From Candidatus Omnitrophota bacterium (GTDB lineage Bacteria > Omnitrophota > Gorgyraeia > Gygaellales > Profunditerraquicolaceae): DNA of 64,000 nucleotides. The notes under the pieces were generated by a model. That model ran no database searches and was not told the origin of the DNA. It saw only the letters and a list, made by a program, of their open reading frames with translations. The position numbers and the translations under genes are program-made. Positions 50,684 through 59,703 of the stretch are shown here, in pieces. Position 1 is the first letter of the stretch. The number at the start of each line of letters is the position of its first letter. Where the stretch lies: positions 2,226 to 66,225 of the forward strand of contig JAMWCL010000001.1 in the NCBI GenBank assembly GCA_023819035.1. Reading direction: 5' to 3'.

Positions 50684-50762
50684 TGGTCGGGGCGGACGGA
50701 CTTGAACCGTCGACCTCAGCGTCCCGAACGCTGCGCTCTAAACCAAGCTGAGCCACGCCCCG
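50684..50762 (-). tRNA. tRNA-Pro(CGG) with encoded CCA
   Basis: CGGGGCGTGGCTCAGCTTGG...CAGCG-TTCGGGA-CGCTG...GGTTCAAGTCC...CGCCCCGACCA cloverleaf. Confidence 0.97.
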
Positions 50763-51485
50763 TCAACCTTTCAATAACTGTTTAAATCTTAAGGCATTCT
50801 TTACCGCAAAGGCTTCGTTATCGTTATTAAAGAAGGCAAAGATATCCTTTAGCTTAGAACCCAGGGCAAAACCCGCCCATTCTTTTAATTCTTTTTCAGA
50901 ATAATCCGAACTGTAAAGCGCCTCACCACCATGAAATCTTAAATATAAGAAATCCGCGGTAATTACCTTTTCACAAGGCCAGCGGTCAGAATGGGCAATA
51001 CATAAAGAAACATTATATTGCCTTAATAAAGCGTAGATGTCCTCAGTAAACCAGCTTTTATTTCTAAATTCGATTGCCTGCTTTATACCTTTTATATAAT
51101 GATTAAGTAAATTTAAAAATTCTATAAGCCTGGATGTATCCTTTTTAAATCCCGCAGGTAGTTGCCAAAGAATACAAGAAAGCTTCTCCTTTAAAACAGA
51201 GCAATTATCAAAAAAGATCTTTAAAGGTTTTTTACAATCCTTTAATTTTTTTACATGGGTGATAAATCTTGAGCCCTTTACCACAAAATAGAATCCCTTG
51301 GGTGTGTTCTCATACCAGTTCTTAAAAGTCTGTCTTTTTACAAGGCGATAAAAAGTTACATTTAATTCTACCGCATTAAAGAACTTAACATAATAGTCTA
51401 ACCATTTATTCTGACTTAAGCCCTCAGGGTAAAACCTTACTTTCCAATGTGGATAATTCCATCCACTCGTGCCGATATAAAACAT
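50763..51485 (-). CDS. DUF72 family protein
   Basis: IGTSGW, VELNVTFY, YLRFHG and FFNND motifs. Confidence 0.92.
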   Translation of the reverse strand: MFYIGTSGWNYPHWKVRFYPEGLSQNKWLDYYVKFFNAVELNVTFYRLVKRQTFKNWYENTPKGFYFVVKGSRFITHVKKLKDCKKPLKIFFDNCSVLKEKLSCILWQLPAGFKKDTSRLIEFLNLLNHYIKGIKQAIEFRNKSWFTEDIYALLRQYNVSLCIAHSDRWPCEKVITADFLYLRFHGGEALYSSDYSEKELKEWAGFALGSKLKDIFAFFNNDNEAFAVKNALRFKQLLKG

Positions 51486-51508
51486 TTATTTAGTATATCA
51501 GAATCTAT

Positions 51509-52081
51509 CTAAATTGACAATCCTATCGATTTGTCAAACTCAATATTTACCTTATCGGATGGGCCTTTAAAACCGAGGGTAGTGTTCTTAAAGGTATGCG
51601 GGATGATATAGACTGAAAAAAGATTACCCAATTTTTTTTGTACAGTTAAGGATATCCCATCTACCGCAAGCGAACCCCGTAAGATTATATTTTTTATATA
51701 GGTTAAAGGAATGGCGATCTCAAAACAAAGGTTATTCTGAAGAAATCTTCTTTTTCGAATAATCCCTATACAATCAATATGACCGTAAACCAAGTGTCCA
51801 CAAATCCTTTGGCCTAATTTAAGGGAGCGCTCAAGATTTATCCTCTCCTGAATCCTTAAAGAACCTAAATTCGTAAGCTTAAGGGTCGAAGGCATTAGCT
51901 CAAAGCTTAAAGAAGAACTGTCCTTATCTACCACCGTAAGGCAGACACCGTTAACCGCGATACTATCGCCTATCCGGGTATCCTCTAAGACTTTTTCTGC
52001 CTGAACCTTAAGTAAGGTAAAGCGGGATTGCTTTGCAATACTTATTACCTTTCCTAATTCCTCTACTATGCCACTAAACAT
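51509..52081 (-). CDS. ribE: Riboflavin synthase (alpha chain)
   Basis: Start moved to the canonical MFSGIVEE; GDSIAVNGVCLTV and GHID motifs. Confidence 0.93.
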   Translation of the reverse strand: MFSGIVEELGKVISIAKQSRFTLLKVQAEKVLEDTRIGDSIAVNGVCLTVVDKDSSSLSFELMPSTLKLTNLGSLRIQERINLERSLKLGQRICGHLVYGHIDCIGIIRKRRFLQNNLCFEIAIPLTYIKNIILRGSLAVDGISLTVQKKLGNLFSVYIIPHTFKNTTLGFKGPSDKVNIEFDKSIGLSI

Positions 52082-53165
52082 ACCCCTCAAAAAGCAGATC
52101 CTCTCCCAATCGTCTAATCCTTATATCCTTTAATCTGATAGCCTTCTCAATCCTTAAAACCCCTTTTCCCATCACCGAACTAATCGCCTCTTTACCTCCG
52201 ATAATCTTTGGGCTAATAAAAAACATCACCTTATCTACTAAATTTTCATCAAACAATGAACCAATAAGCGTACCCCCACCTTCTACTAAGATATTGCTGA
52301 TCTGAAGCTTGGCTAATCTTTTCATGGTATCCCTTAAATCTATCTGTCCGGATTTCTCTTTAACCTCTAAAATTCTTGCTTTTTGCGAAAGAATCTGGCG
52401 ATTCTGGGTTTCCTGACCCGGACCTATTGGTAAGGTTACCAGAATTACCTGACCGCCACCTAAGAATATATCTGCCTGCTGAGGAATGCTTAATTGACTA
52501 TCAATTACAATCTTGATAGGTTGTCTTTTACTGAACCAGGCATCCAGCCGGGGATTATCTCTTAATATAGTGTTTACCCCTACCATTACTGCATCGTAAT
52601 ACTGACGAAGACGATGGGCATAAATGCGCGATTTATCTGAGGTTATCCACTTAGAATCTCCGCTACAAGTAGCAATCTTTCCATCCAGCGACTGCGCTAC
52701 TTTAACCGTGATAAAAGGCATTCCTTTGGTAATATATTTTATGAAAGGAGCATTAATCTTTCTTAATCTATCCTCTAAGAAACCCACCTTAACCTTTATC
52801 TTATTCTGGGTTAATATCTTAATACCCTTACCATTATTTAAAGGGTTAGGGTCAGTCATTCCCACCACCACCCTTTTTATCCTGCTTTTAATTATCCTGT
52901 CTACACAGGGGTCGGTTCTTCCAAAATGACAGCAAGGCTCTAAAGTCACATATAGGGTTGCGCCCTTAGCTTTTTTGCCCGCCTCATCTAAAGCAATAAT
53001 CTCAGCATGGGCTAGACCTGCTTTTTGATGATAACCTTTACCTACAATCCGTCCATCCTTAACTATTAATGCCCCTACCATCGGATTAGGCCAAGTCTGC
53101 CCTTTTGCTTTAAGGGCTAATCTTAAGGCTAAATTCATATAATAAAGATCATCCTTCTTTACCAT
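52074..53165 (-). CDS. ribD: Riboflavin biosynthesis deaminase/reductase
   Basis: HAE, LEPCCH..TDPC, SLDGKIA and VEGG motifs. Confidence 0.96.
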   Translation of the reverse strand: MVKKDDLYYMNLALRLALKAKGQTWPNPMVGALIVKDGRIVGKGYHQKAGLAHAEIIALDEAGKKAKGATLYVTLEPCCHFGRTDPCVDRIIKSRIKRVVVGMTDPNPLNNGKGIKILTQNKIKVKVGFLEDRLRKINAPFIKYITKGMPFITVKVAQSLDGKIATCSGDSKWITSDKSRIYAHRLRQYYDAVMVGVNTILRDNPRLDAWFSKRQPIKIVIDSQLSIPQQADIFLGGGQVILVTLPIGPGQETQNRQILSQKARILEVKEKSGQIDLRDTMKRLAKLQISNILVEGGGTLIGSLFDENLVDKVMFFISPKIIGGKEAISSVMGKGVLRIEKAIRLKDIRIRRLGEDLLFEGYV

Positions 53166-53167
53166 CG

Positions 53168-53983
53168 CTAATCCTTGAATTCTTTTAATCTTTGAACTAA
53201 GTCATAAGGTATCTTTATTGCACCTAATTTAATCTCTGGTTTATTTAAACCATGGCAATCAGAACCACCGGTTACTAAAAGATTATATTTTTGGGCTATT
53301 CCTAAGTAATTTTCTATCATAGAATGGGTATGCTCCGGATAATAAACCTCCAGCCCTTTAAGTCCTAAATCAATAAATTTAAAGATAAGCTCCTGCGGAT
53401 TAATACTATAAGGATGGGCAAGTACAGGTATTCCCTTTGCCTGGATAATTAAATCTATTGCCTCTTTCGGGCTTAAATTAAATCCTAATATATAAGCAGG
53501 GGATTTCTCTCCAATATATTTTTTAAATGCCTCACCTATTGAATCCACAAAACCATATTTTTTCATCGCCATAGCCAGATGCATCCTTCCTACTGCTGCA
53601 TGCTTAGCTAAGCTAAAAACCGATTCCGCATCCAAATTTATACCCATGTCTTTTAATTTCTCGATCATTTTGTATATCCTTATCCGACGATCTGCTTTAA
53701 GGGATTCTAATCTTTTTTTTAAATATTGATCATGGTAATCAATAAGATACCCTAAAATATGTACCTCCGCATCCGCATATTGAGCAGTAAGCTCTATACC
53801 CGGCAATACCTCAATACCTATTTCTTTCGATACCCCTAAGGCAGGTTCAATGCTATCTACTGTATCATGATCTACTATCGAGATACAAGATAAACCTGCT
53901 TCCTTAGACAGAAAAGCAAGTTCCTGGGGCGCATAGGTACTATCAGAAAATACCGTATGAAGATGAAGATCCGCAAATTCCAT
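53168..53983 (-). CDS. PHP-domain phosphoesterase (TrpH/YciV-like)
   Basis: DLHLHT..SD, DHD, HILG, AHP and GGSDCHG motifs. Confidence 0.9.
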   Translation of the reverse strand: MEFADLHLHTVFSDSTYAPQELAFLSKEAGLSCISIVDHDTVDSIEPALGVSKEIGIEVLPGIELTAQYADAEVHILGYLIDYHDQYLKKRLESLKADRRIRIYKMIEKLKDMGINLDAESVFSLAKHAAVGRMHLAMAMKKYGFVDSIGEAFKKYIGEKSPAYILGFNLSPKEAIDLIIQAKGIPVLAHPYSINPQELIFKFIDLGLKGLEVYYPEHTHSMIENYLGIAQKYNLLVTGGSDCHGLNKPEIKLGAIKIPYDLVQRLKEFKD

Positions 53984-54391
53984 CTATTTTCCTAAAGACT
54001 TAATCTTATCTAATATTCCGTTAACAAACCTGCCTGCTTCTAAACCTGAATACCTCTTGGCGAGCTCAACCGCCTCATTGATAGAAACCTTGGGAGGGAT
54101 ATCCTCTCTAAATAAAAGCTCATAACTTCCCAAACGCAGGATATTCCTATCCACAACCGCCATGCGTTTAAGTTGCCAATTAGTTGCATATTGAGAGATC
54201 TTTTCATCGATTGCATTTAAATGTTCGGCTACCCCTTCGACAAGCTCGCTTGTAAAATCCTTAATCTCTTTATTTACCTTTCCTTGTGTCTGCCAGAAGT
54301 TATCCAAACAGACATGGTAGCTATCTTGGGTAATATCCATCTGATAAAGAATCTGAAGGGCAAATTCTCGGGCACGACTGCGTTTACGCAT
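53984..54391 (-). CDS. nusB: Transcription antitermination factor NusB
   Basis: RSRARE, DRNILR, INEAVELAK and FVNGILD motifs. Confidence 0.96.
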   Translation of the reverse strand: MRKRSRAREFALQILYQMDITQDSYHVCLDNFWQTQGKVNKEIKDFTSELVEGVAEHLNAIDEKISQYATNWQLKRMAVVDRNILRLGSYELLFREDIPPKVSINEAVELAKRYSGLEAGRFVNGILDKIKSLGK

Positions 54392-54402
54392 TTCTTAAAT
54401 TA

Positions 54403-54867
54403 TTATATCTTTTCAAGAAGATTAGCCATCTCGATTGCGGAAAGCGCAGCGTCTCTACCTTTATTACCCTCCTTGGTTCCTGCGCGTTCAATTGCCTGCT
54501 CGATTGTATCCGCAGTAATAATCCCAAAGATTACCGGTAAACCTGTTTCTAAGGAAACCCTTGATATTCCTTTGGCTACCTCAGAGGCGATATATTCAAA
54601 ATGAGGGGTTGAGCCTCTGATTACTGCTCCCAAACAGATAATTGCATCGTATGACTTTGATTTAGCTAGTTTCTGAGCTAATAAAGGAATCTCAAAGGCT
54701 CCCGGCGTCCAGGCTACAACCAGATTGTTCTCTTCCGCCCCATGTCTGATTAAGGTATCTACACAACCACGAATTAGTTCCTTGGTAATAAAATCATTAA
54801 AGCGAGAAGCAATGATCCCGAATTTTTTTCCTTTGGCAATAAGACTGGCCTCTAATGTCTTTACCAT
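54403..54867 (-). CDS. ribH: Lumazine synthase
   Basis: SRFN, PGAFEIP and [11 protein letters not shown] motifs. Confidence 0.97.
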   Translation of the reverse strand: MVKTLEASLIAKGKKFGIIASRFNDFITKELIRGCVDTLIRHGAEENNLVVAWTPGAFEIPLLAQKLAKSKSYDAIICLGAVIRGSTPHFEYIASEVAKGISRVSLETGLPVIFGIITADTIEQAIERAGTKEGNKGRDAALSAIEMANLLEKI

Positions 54868-54881
54868 AATCTACCTCCTTT

Positions 54882-56090
54882 TTATATGTTTAATTGATGG
54901 CCTAGTTTTTCCTTTTTTGTCCTAAGGTAATGATAATTTAAAGGATTGGGTTCAATCTCTAAAGGAACCCTCTGGATTACCTTAAGACCATACCCTTCGA
55001 TCCCCACAATCTTACGGGGATTATTAGTCATTAATCGGATCTTCTTCAATCCTAAATCAACTAAAATCTGCGCACCTATACCATAGTCTCTTAAATCTGC
55101 CTTATAACCCAATGCCTCATTGGCTTGAACTGTATCTAATCCTCTATCCTGGAGATTATAAGCGCGGATCTTATCCACCAACCCTATTCCCCGACCCTCC
55201 TGACTCATATAGACGATAACCCCCTTCTTTTCTTCCTGAATCATCTGCATTGCTTTCCTTAACTGTCTGCCACAATCACAGCGCAAAGAATTAAATACAT
55301 CACCTGTAAGACACTCTGAATGCATCCTTACCAAAACCGGTTCATCCTTCCAAATGCCTAAGGTAAGAGCAATATGGTATTGATTATGGATCAGATCACG
55401 GTATAAGATTAGGTTATACTGACCAAACTCGGTAGGTAAAACCGTCTCAGACACCCGTTCAATTAACCTTTCATAACGTCGGCGATATTCAATAATATCT
55501 GCAATGGAACATATTTTTAGATTATGCCTTCTGCAGAATTCGCGTAGCTGGGGAAGTCTTGCCATTGTCCCATCGTCATTCATAATCTCACATATCACCC
55601 CTGCCGGATAAAGACCTGCCAATCTCATTAAATCCACCGCTGCCTCGGTGTGACCTGCCCTTACCAAGACCCCACCCTTAACCGCTTTCAAAGGAAAGAT
55701 ATGACCTGGCCTGACTAAATCTTCGGGTTGAGTCTGAGGATTTATCAAAACCTTAATTGTCCAAGCACGGTCATAAGCAGAGATGCCGGTAGTAATCCCT
55801 GAGGCTGCATCTACCGAAATCATCCAGGCAGTTGAGAATTTATCCTTATTTTTATAAAGATGCTCATCTTTTACCATTGGCTCGAGGTTCAACTCTTTTA
55901 ATCTGTTCTCCTCCATGGGTACACAGATAAGCCCTCTGCCTTCCTTAGCCATAAAATTTATATCCTCAGGCCTCACAAAAGATGCAGGCATTACCAGGTC
56001 GCCTTCATTCTCCCTGTCCTCATCATCTACAACTACGACCATCCTTCCTTTTTTTAAATCCTCTAATATCTCAGCAATAGAATTAAACAT
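54882..56090 (-). CDS. ribBA: Bifunctional DHBP synthase / GTP cyclohydrolase II
   Basis: DDEDRENEGD, GHTEA and HSECLTGD...CDC motifs. Confidence 0.97.
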   Translation of the reverse strand: MFNSIAEILEDLKKGRMVVVVDDEDRENEGDLVMPASFVRPEDINFMAKEGRGLICVPMEENRLKELNLEPMVKDEHLYKNKDKFSTAWMISVDAASGITTGISAYDRAWTIKVLINPQTQPEDLVRPGHIFPLKAVKGGVLVRAGHTEAAVDLMRLAGLYPAGVICEIMNDDGTMARLPQLREFCRRHNLKICSIADIIEYRRRYERLIERVSETVLPTEFGQYNLILYRDLIHNQYHIALTLGIWKDEPVLVRMHSECLTGDVFNSLRCDCGRQLRKAMQMIQEEKKGVIVYMSQEGRGIGLVDKIRAYNLQDRGLDTVQANEALGYKADLRDYGIGAQILVDLGLKKIRLMTNNPRKIVGIEGYGLKVIQRVPLEIEPNPLNYHYLRTKKEKLGHQLNI

Positions 56091-56114
56091 CTTTAAAAAT
56101 GCCTAAAAATGATT

Positions 56115-56139
56115 TTACCCGAAGATAATCTTCGGGTAA
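56115..56139 (-). terminator. Expression-platform hairpin of the FMN riboswitch
   Basis: Inverted repeat TTACCCGAAGA-TTA-TCTTCGGGTAA between the aptamer and ribBA; U tract is imperfect. Confidence 0.6.
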
Positions 56140-56159
56140 TATCGGGTACCTTTTAAAGG

Positions 56160-56341
56160 TAATCTTCTCCCATCTGGACTATATGTCGAATAGAATCTCT
56201 ATTCGACACCCCGAAAATAGCAGGATATTTTATCCACTATATTCGGGACCATCGGCTCTGGAATTTCACCAGCTCTACCCTCCCTTTGAGGGCTCGCGGG
56301 CTTTACCGCCGGTCAGGGATCTCACCTTGCCCCGAAGATTA
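56160..56341 (-). ncRNA. FMN riboswitch with a large insertion
   Basis: TCTTCGGGGCAAGGTGAGATCCCTGACCGGCGGTAAAGCCCGCGAG...GGTGAAATTCCAGAGCCGATGGT...ATAGTCCAGATGGGAGAAGA, upstream of ribBA. Confidence 0.95.
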
Positions 56342-56347
56342 ATTTAT

Positions 56348-56375
56348 ATTATAATCTGAAATCGGAACTTGTCAA
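56348..56375 (-). promoter_or_regulatory. Sigma70 promoter of the rib operon
   Basis: TTGACA-N16-TATAAT ending a few nt before the aptamer. Confidence 0.75.
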
Positions 56376-56406
56376 CAGTTTAAAAAAGCAATATAATATA
56401 ATAAAA

Positions 56407-56874
56407 ATGCATTTTCTTGTAAAACAAGTACATAAAATTTTATTAAAAAAACAAAAGACTATCGCGGTAGCAGAATCTTGCAGTGGGGGTTTGCTTTCCA
56501 AGGTCCTTACCGACCTACCTGGTAGCTCCCGATATTTTATCTTAGGAATAGTTGCCTATAGTAATAAAGCAAAGATAAATCTTTTAGGTATCCCCTCAAA
56601 TATCCTTAAACACTCCCAAGCAGTATCTAAGGAAGTAGCTAGTCTTATGGCAAAAAAAATAAGACAGATTGTCAACACAGATCTGGGAATAGGAATAACC
56701 GGGATCGCCGGTCCCACTGGTGGAACAGCAAAACTTCCAAAAGGTACAGTATTTATTGCCTTGGAGACTAAAAATAAAAAGATCTGTAAGGAATTTCATT
56801 TTAAAGGAAACCGTTTAGAGGTCCGCAAAAAAGCAGTATTGAATGCATTATCTTTAATTAAAAATCTTTTATGA
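56407..56874 (+). CDS. CinA C-terminal domain / NMN deamidase (PncC-like)
   Basis: AESCSGG, AYSN.AK and ITGIAGPTGG motifs. Confidence 0.9.
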   Translation: MHFLVKQVHKILLKKQKTIAVAESCSGGLLSKVLTDLPGSSRYFILGIVAYSNKAKINLLGIPSNILKHSQAVSKEVASLMAKKIRQIVNTDLGIGITGIAGPTGGTAKLPKGTVFIALETKNKKICKEFHFKGNRLEVRKKAVLNALSLIKNLL

Positions 56875-57443
56875 GGATTTTTATTGCTATCCAGTTACCT
56901 GATAAGCTCAAGGAATACCTTAGTAGTATCCAGGAAAGATTAAAAAAAACCGGCGCGGATGTGAAATGGGTAGAACCCCACAATATCCATCTAACCCTAA
57001 AATTCTTAGGAGAAATTGAGAAAAAAAAATTAGAAGATATAATTAAAATTATAGAAAGGATAGCTAAAAACAAGAAGGAATTTACTATTCAGCTTTCTTC
57101 TTTAGGGGCATTTCCTAAAATAGATTTTCCGCGTGTAATCTGGATAGGGATCAACAAAGGCCAAGACCAAACTAAACAGATCGTTCAAGAATTAGAAGAA
57201 GGGCTTTTTCAAATAGGAATTCCTAAAGAAAAACGGCCATTCTTAAGTCATATTACTATCGGCAGGGTCCGTTCAAGTTTAAATCGCAAAGAGTTAGCCT
57301 CTGAGATTGGAAGTCTTCAGACTAACCTTGAAAATAATAAGTTAGAATTTGTAGCAAAAGGGATTACCCTTTTTAAAAGCATCCTTACACCGCAGGGTCC
57401 TATCTATGAAGCCTTAAAAGAAATTAACCTTGCTACTATCTGA
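56871..57443 (+). CDS. thpR: RNA 2',3'-cyclic phosphodiesterase (2H family)
   Basis: HLTLKFLG and HITIGR motifs. Confidence 0.93.
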   Translation: MRIFIAIQLPDKLKEYLSSIQERLKKTGADVKWVEPHNIHLTLKFLGEIEKKKLEDIIKIIERIAKNKKEFTIQLSSLGAFPKIDFPRVIWIGINKGQDQTKQIVQELEEGLFQIGIPKEKRPFLSHITIGRVRSSLNRKELASEIGSLQTNLENNKLEFVAKGITLFKSILTPQGPIYEALKEINLATI

Positions 57444-57871
57444 AGGATAAGATTGGTGTATAGACCACTTAAAATATCGTCTCCCATTATTCCCAGGCTT
57501 CCCCTTAAATTCTGGATTTTATTTATAGGATAGGGCTTTACTGCATCAATAATCCGAAATAATCCAAAGCCAGCAATTACTAATTTAAGATCATAGGGAA
57601 CAAAAACTAAGGATAAAAGCATACCGCAGACTTCATCAATTACAACCATCGCAGGATCTTTTTTGGCAAATATTTTTTCTGCTTTAGTGGTAGTTAAAAA
57701 GCCCAAAAGCATTAGCAGAAAAATTAAACTTATATATGCAAAAAGATTTCCTTTAATTAAATAAAACAAAAATAAAGCAAATATACTGGCAAATGTTCCG
57801 GGAATAAAAGGAAGATAACCTATATAAAAAAAGGTACTGAGCATTTTAACTAAAGAATCGTTCTTATCCAT
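57404..57871 (-). CDS. pgpA: Phosphatidylglycerophosphatase A
   Basis: PGTFAS, DP..VVIDE, FRIID..KP and GIMGDD motifs; start moved to MDKND (57871). Confidence 0.9.
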   Translation of the reverse strand: MDKNDSLVKMLSTFFYIGYLPFIPGTFASIFALFLFYLIKGNLFAYISLIFLLMLLGFLTTTKAEKIFAKKDPAMVVIDEVCGMLLSLVFVPYDLKLVIAGFGLFRIIDAVKPYPINKIQNLRGSLGIMGDDILSGLYTNLILQIVARLISFKAS

Positions 57872-57876
57872 AGAGA

Positions 57877-58455
57877 TTAAATCTTGGTGATGATATGGCG
57901 ATTCTCGTAAAGATAGGAAAGACCTGAATAGAGGGTAAAGACAACCGTAATTAACATAAGTACAAAGATACTTCTGCAGAAGATCTTCTCCCAGTTCGGG
58001 TTCCAAATAGAATAGGTCTTTATGGCTTCCTTTATAACAATAAAACAGAGAACAGCAACGATTACAAACATCTGAGAGATGGTTTTATGCTTTCCTGCTT
58101 TTGTTGCAGAAAGTACCTTTCCTTTATTTAAAGCAAACAGTCTTAGCGAGGTAATAATTAATTCACGCGAGATTATAATTATAAACATCCAGGCTTTAAT
58201 CAACTGCATCTGGACAAAGACAGCAAAGGCAGATAAGACCAGAATCTTATCCGCAATGGGGTCCATAAGCTTACCGAAATCAGTGACCATATTATTTTTC
58301 TGAGCAATCCTTCCATCTAAAAAATCAGAGACCGCAGCAAAGATAAAGATTACCAAACTTAAAACCTTTGCCCAGAGCCCCTGCCTGGATAAGAAGAACA
58401 TAAACACAAATGTTAAAATGATTCTAAGGATAGTTAATCTATTGGGAATATTCAT
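57877..58455 (-). CDS. pgsA: CDP-diacylglycerol--glycerol-3-phosphate phosphatidyltransferase
   Basis: NIPNRLT and DFLDGRIA...FGKLMDPIADK motifs. Confidence 0.95.
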   Translation of the reverse strand: MNIPNRLTILRIILTFVFMFFLSRQGLWAKVLSLVIFIFAAVSDFLDGRIAQKNNMVTDFGKLMDPIADKILVLSAFAVFVQMQLIKAWMFIIIISRELIITSLRLFALNKGKVLSATKAGKHKTISQMFVIVAVLCFIVIKEAIKTYSIWNPNWEKIFCRSIFVLMLITVVFTLYSGLSYLYENRHIITKI

Positions 58456-59702
58456 TTGATCTGCCTTCCTACTAAATCGTACTGGAGGGTATCTACAATC
58501 TTTACCTTTACAAATTCACCGGGTTTTAATCTTCTTTTTGCATCTACATAAACTAACCCATCTACCTCTGGCGCATCATATTGGCTCCTGCCTAAATAAC
58601 CATCTTGTCTTTCTTCATCAATTAATACCTCTAAGCTCTTGCCTAAGAATCTCTGATTTAGCTGTTCAGATATTCTTTTCTGCAAAGACATTACTAAATG
58701 AAAACGTTCTAATTTTATCTTTTTAGGGATTTGGTGTTTAAAATTGTAGGCGGCAGTTCCTTCTTCCCGAGAATAAACAAATGCCCCCAGCCTTTCGAAC
58801 TTTACATCTTCAATAAAATCGAGTAATTCCTTAAACTCCTTCTCGGTCTCTGAAGGAAAACCCACAATAATAGATGTCCTTATTGCTACAGAAGGAATCT
58901 TTTTTCTAATCTTTTCTATCAACCTTAAAATCTCTTCTTTAGTTATGCCCCTTTGCATTAATTTTAAGATACGGTTATTTATATGCTGTAAAGGAAGATC
59001 CACATACTTTACTATCTTAGGTTCTTCTCTAATTAAATCCAATAGCTCATCATTTAAGCGTGTGGGATATAAATAAAGTAATCTTAGCCAATGAATATTT
59101 TTTATTTTTTTAATTATTTCTTTAATTAAATCGGTTAATCTTACTCTCCCATATAAATCCAAACCATATCCGGTAATATCCTGACCGATAATATTTAATT
59201 CCTTTGTTCCTGTTTTATCCAGGGCTTCTATTTTAGCTAATATAGAATCTATATCTAAACTTATAAATCCCTGCTTTATTTTAGGTACTATACAGTAACT
59301 ACAATTATTAAGGCAACCTTCGCAGATTTTAAAATAAGCGTAGTGCTTGGGGGTTAAAGGAAATCTTTTTAAATCGTGATTCAAGGTTATCCTACCCACA
59401 AAAGCATCTACCTCGGGAAGATATCTTATTAACCTTTCCTTATAGCGTTGAGGAAGACAACCGTAGACGATAATCTTTTTAAGCCTACCCTCCTTCTTAA
59501 GTTCAATCAGATCCAGTATTGCCTCTATGGATTCGTTCTTTGCATCTTCAATAAAAGCACAAGTATTAATAATACCGATCTCTGCTTCATTCATATCTAC
59601 AATCTTATATTTTTTAAAATTAAGGCGTGAAAGGATGCTTTCTGAATCAACTAGATTTCGCGGGCAACCTAAACTTAAGATTCCTATCTTCGGCCTGTCC
59701 AT
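58452..59702 (-). CDS. rimO: Ribosomal protein S12 methylthiotransferase
   Basis: SLGCPRNLVDSE, EGCLNNCSYC and DAPEVDG motifs. Confidence 0.93.
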   Translation of the reverse strand: MDRPKIGILSLGCPRNLVDSESILSRLNFKKYKIVDMNEAEIGIINTCAFIEDAKNESIEAILDLIELKKEGRLKKIIVYGCLPQRYKERLIRYLPEVDAFVGRITLNHDLKRFPLTPKHYAYFKICEGCLNNCSYCIVPKIKQGFISLDIDSILAKIEALDKTGTKELNIIGQDITGYGLDLYGRVRLTDLIKEIIKKIKNIHWLRLLYLYPTRLNDELLDLIREEPKIVKYVDLPLQHINNRILKLMQRGITKEEILRLIEKIRKKIPSVAIRTSIIVGFPSETEKEFKELLDFIEDVKFERLGAFVYSREEGTAAYNFKHQIPKKIKLERFHLVMSLQKRISEQLNQRFLGKSLEVLIDEERQDGYLGRSQYDAPEVDGLVYVDAKRRLKPGEFVKVKIVDTLQYDLVGRQIK

Positions 59703-59703
59703 C

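Noticed and set aside
50530-50751. 73-aa plus-strand ORF
   Set aside because: It is the antisense reading of tRNA-Pro and the pckG start.
57872-58006. N-terminal extension of PgpA in the ORF track
   Set aside because: It overlaps pgsA in another frame; the PgpA-like sequence starts at Met 57871.
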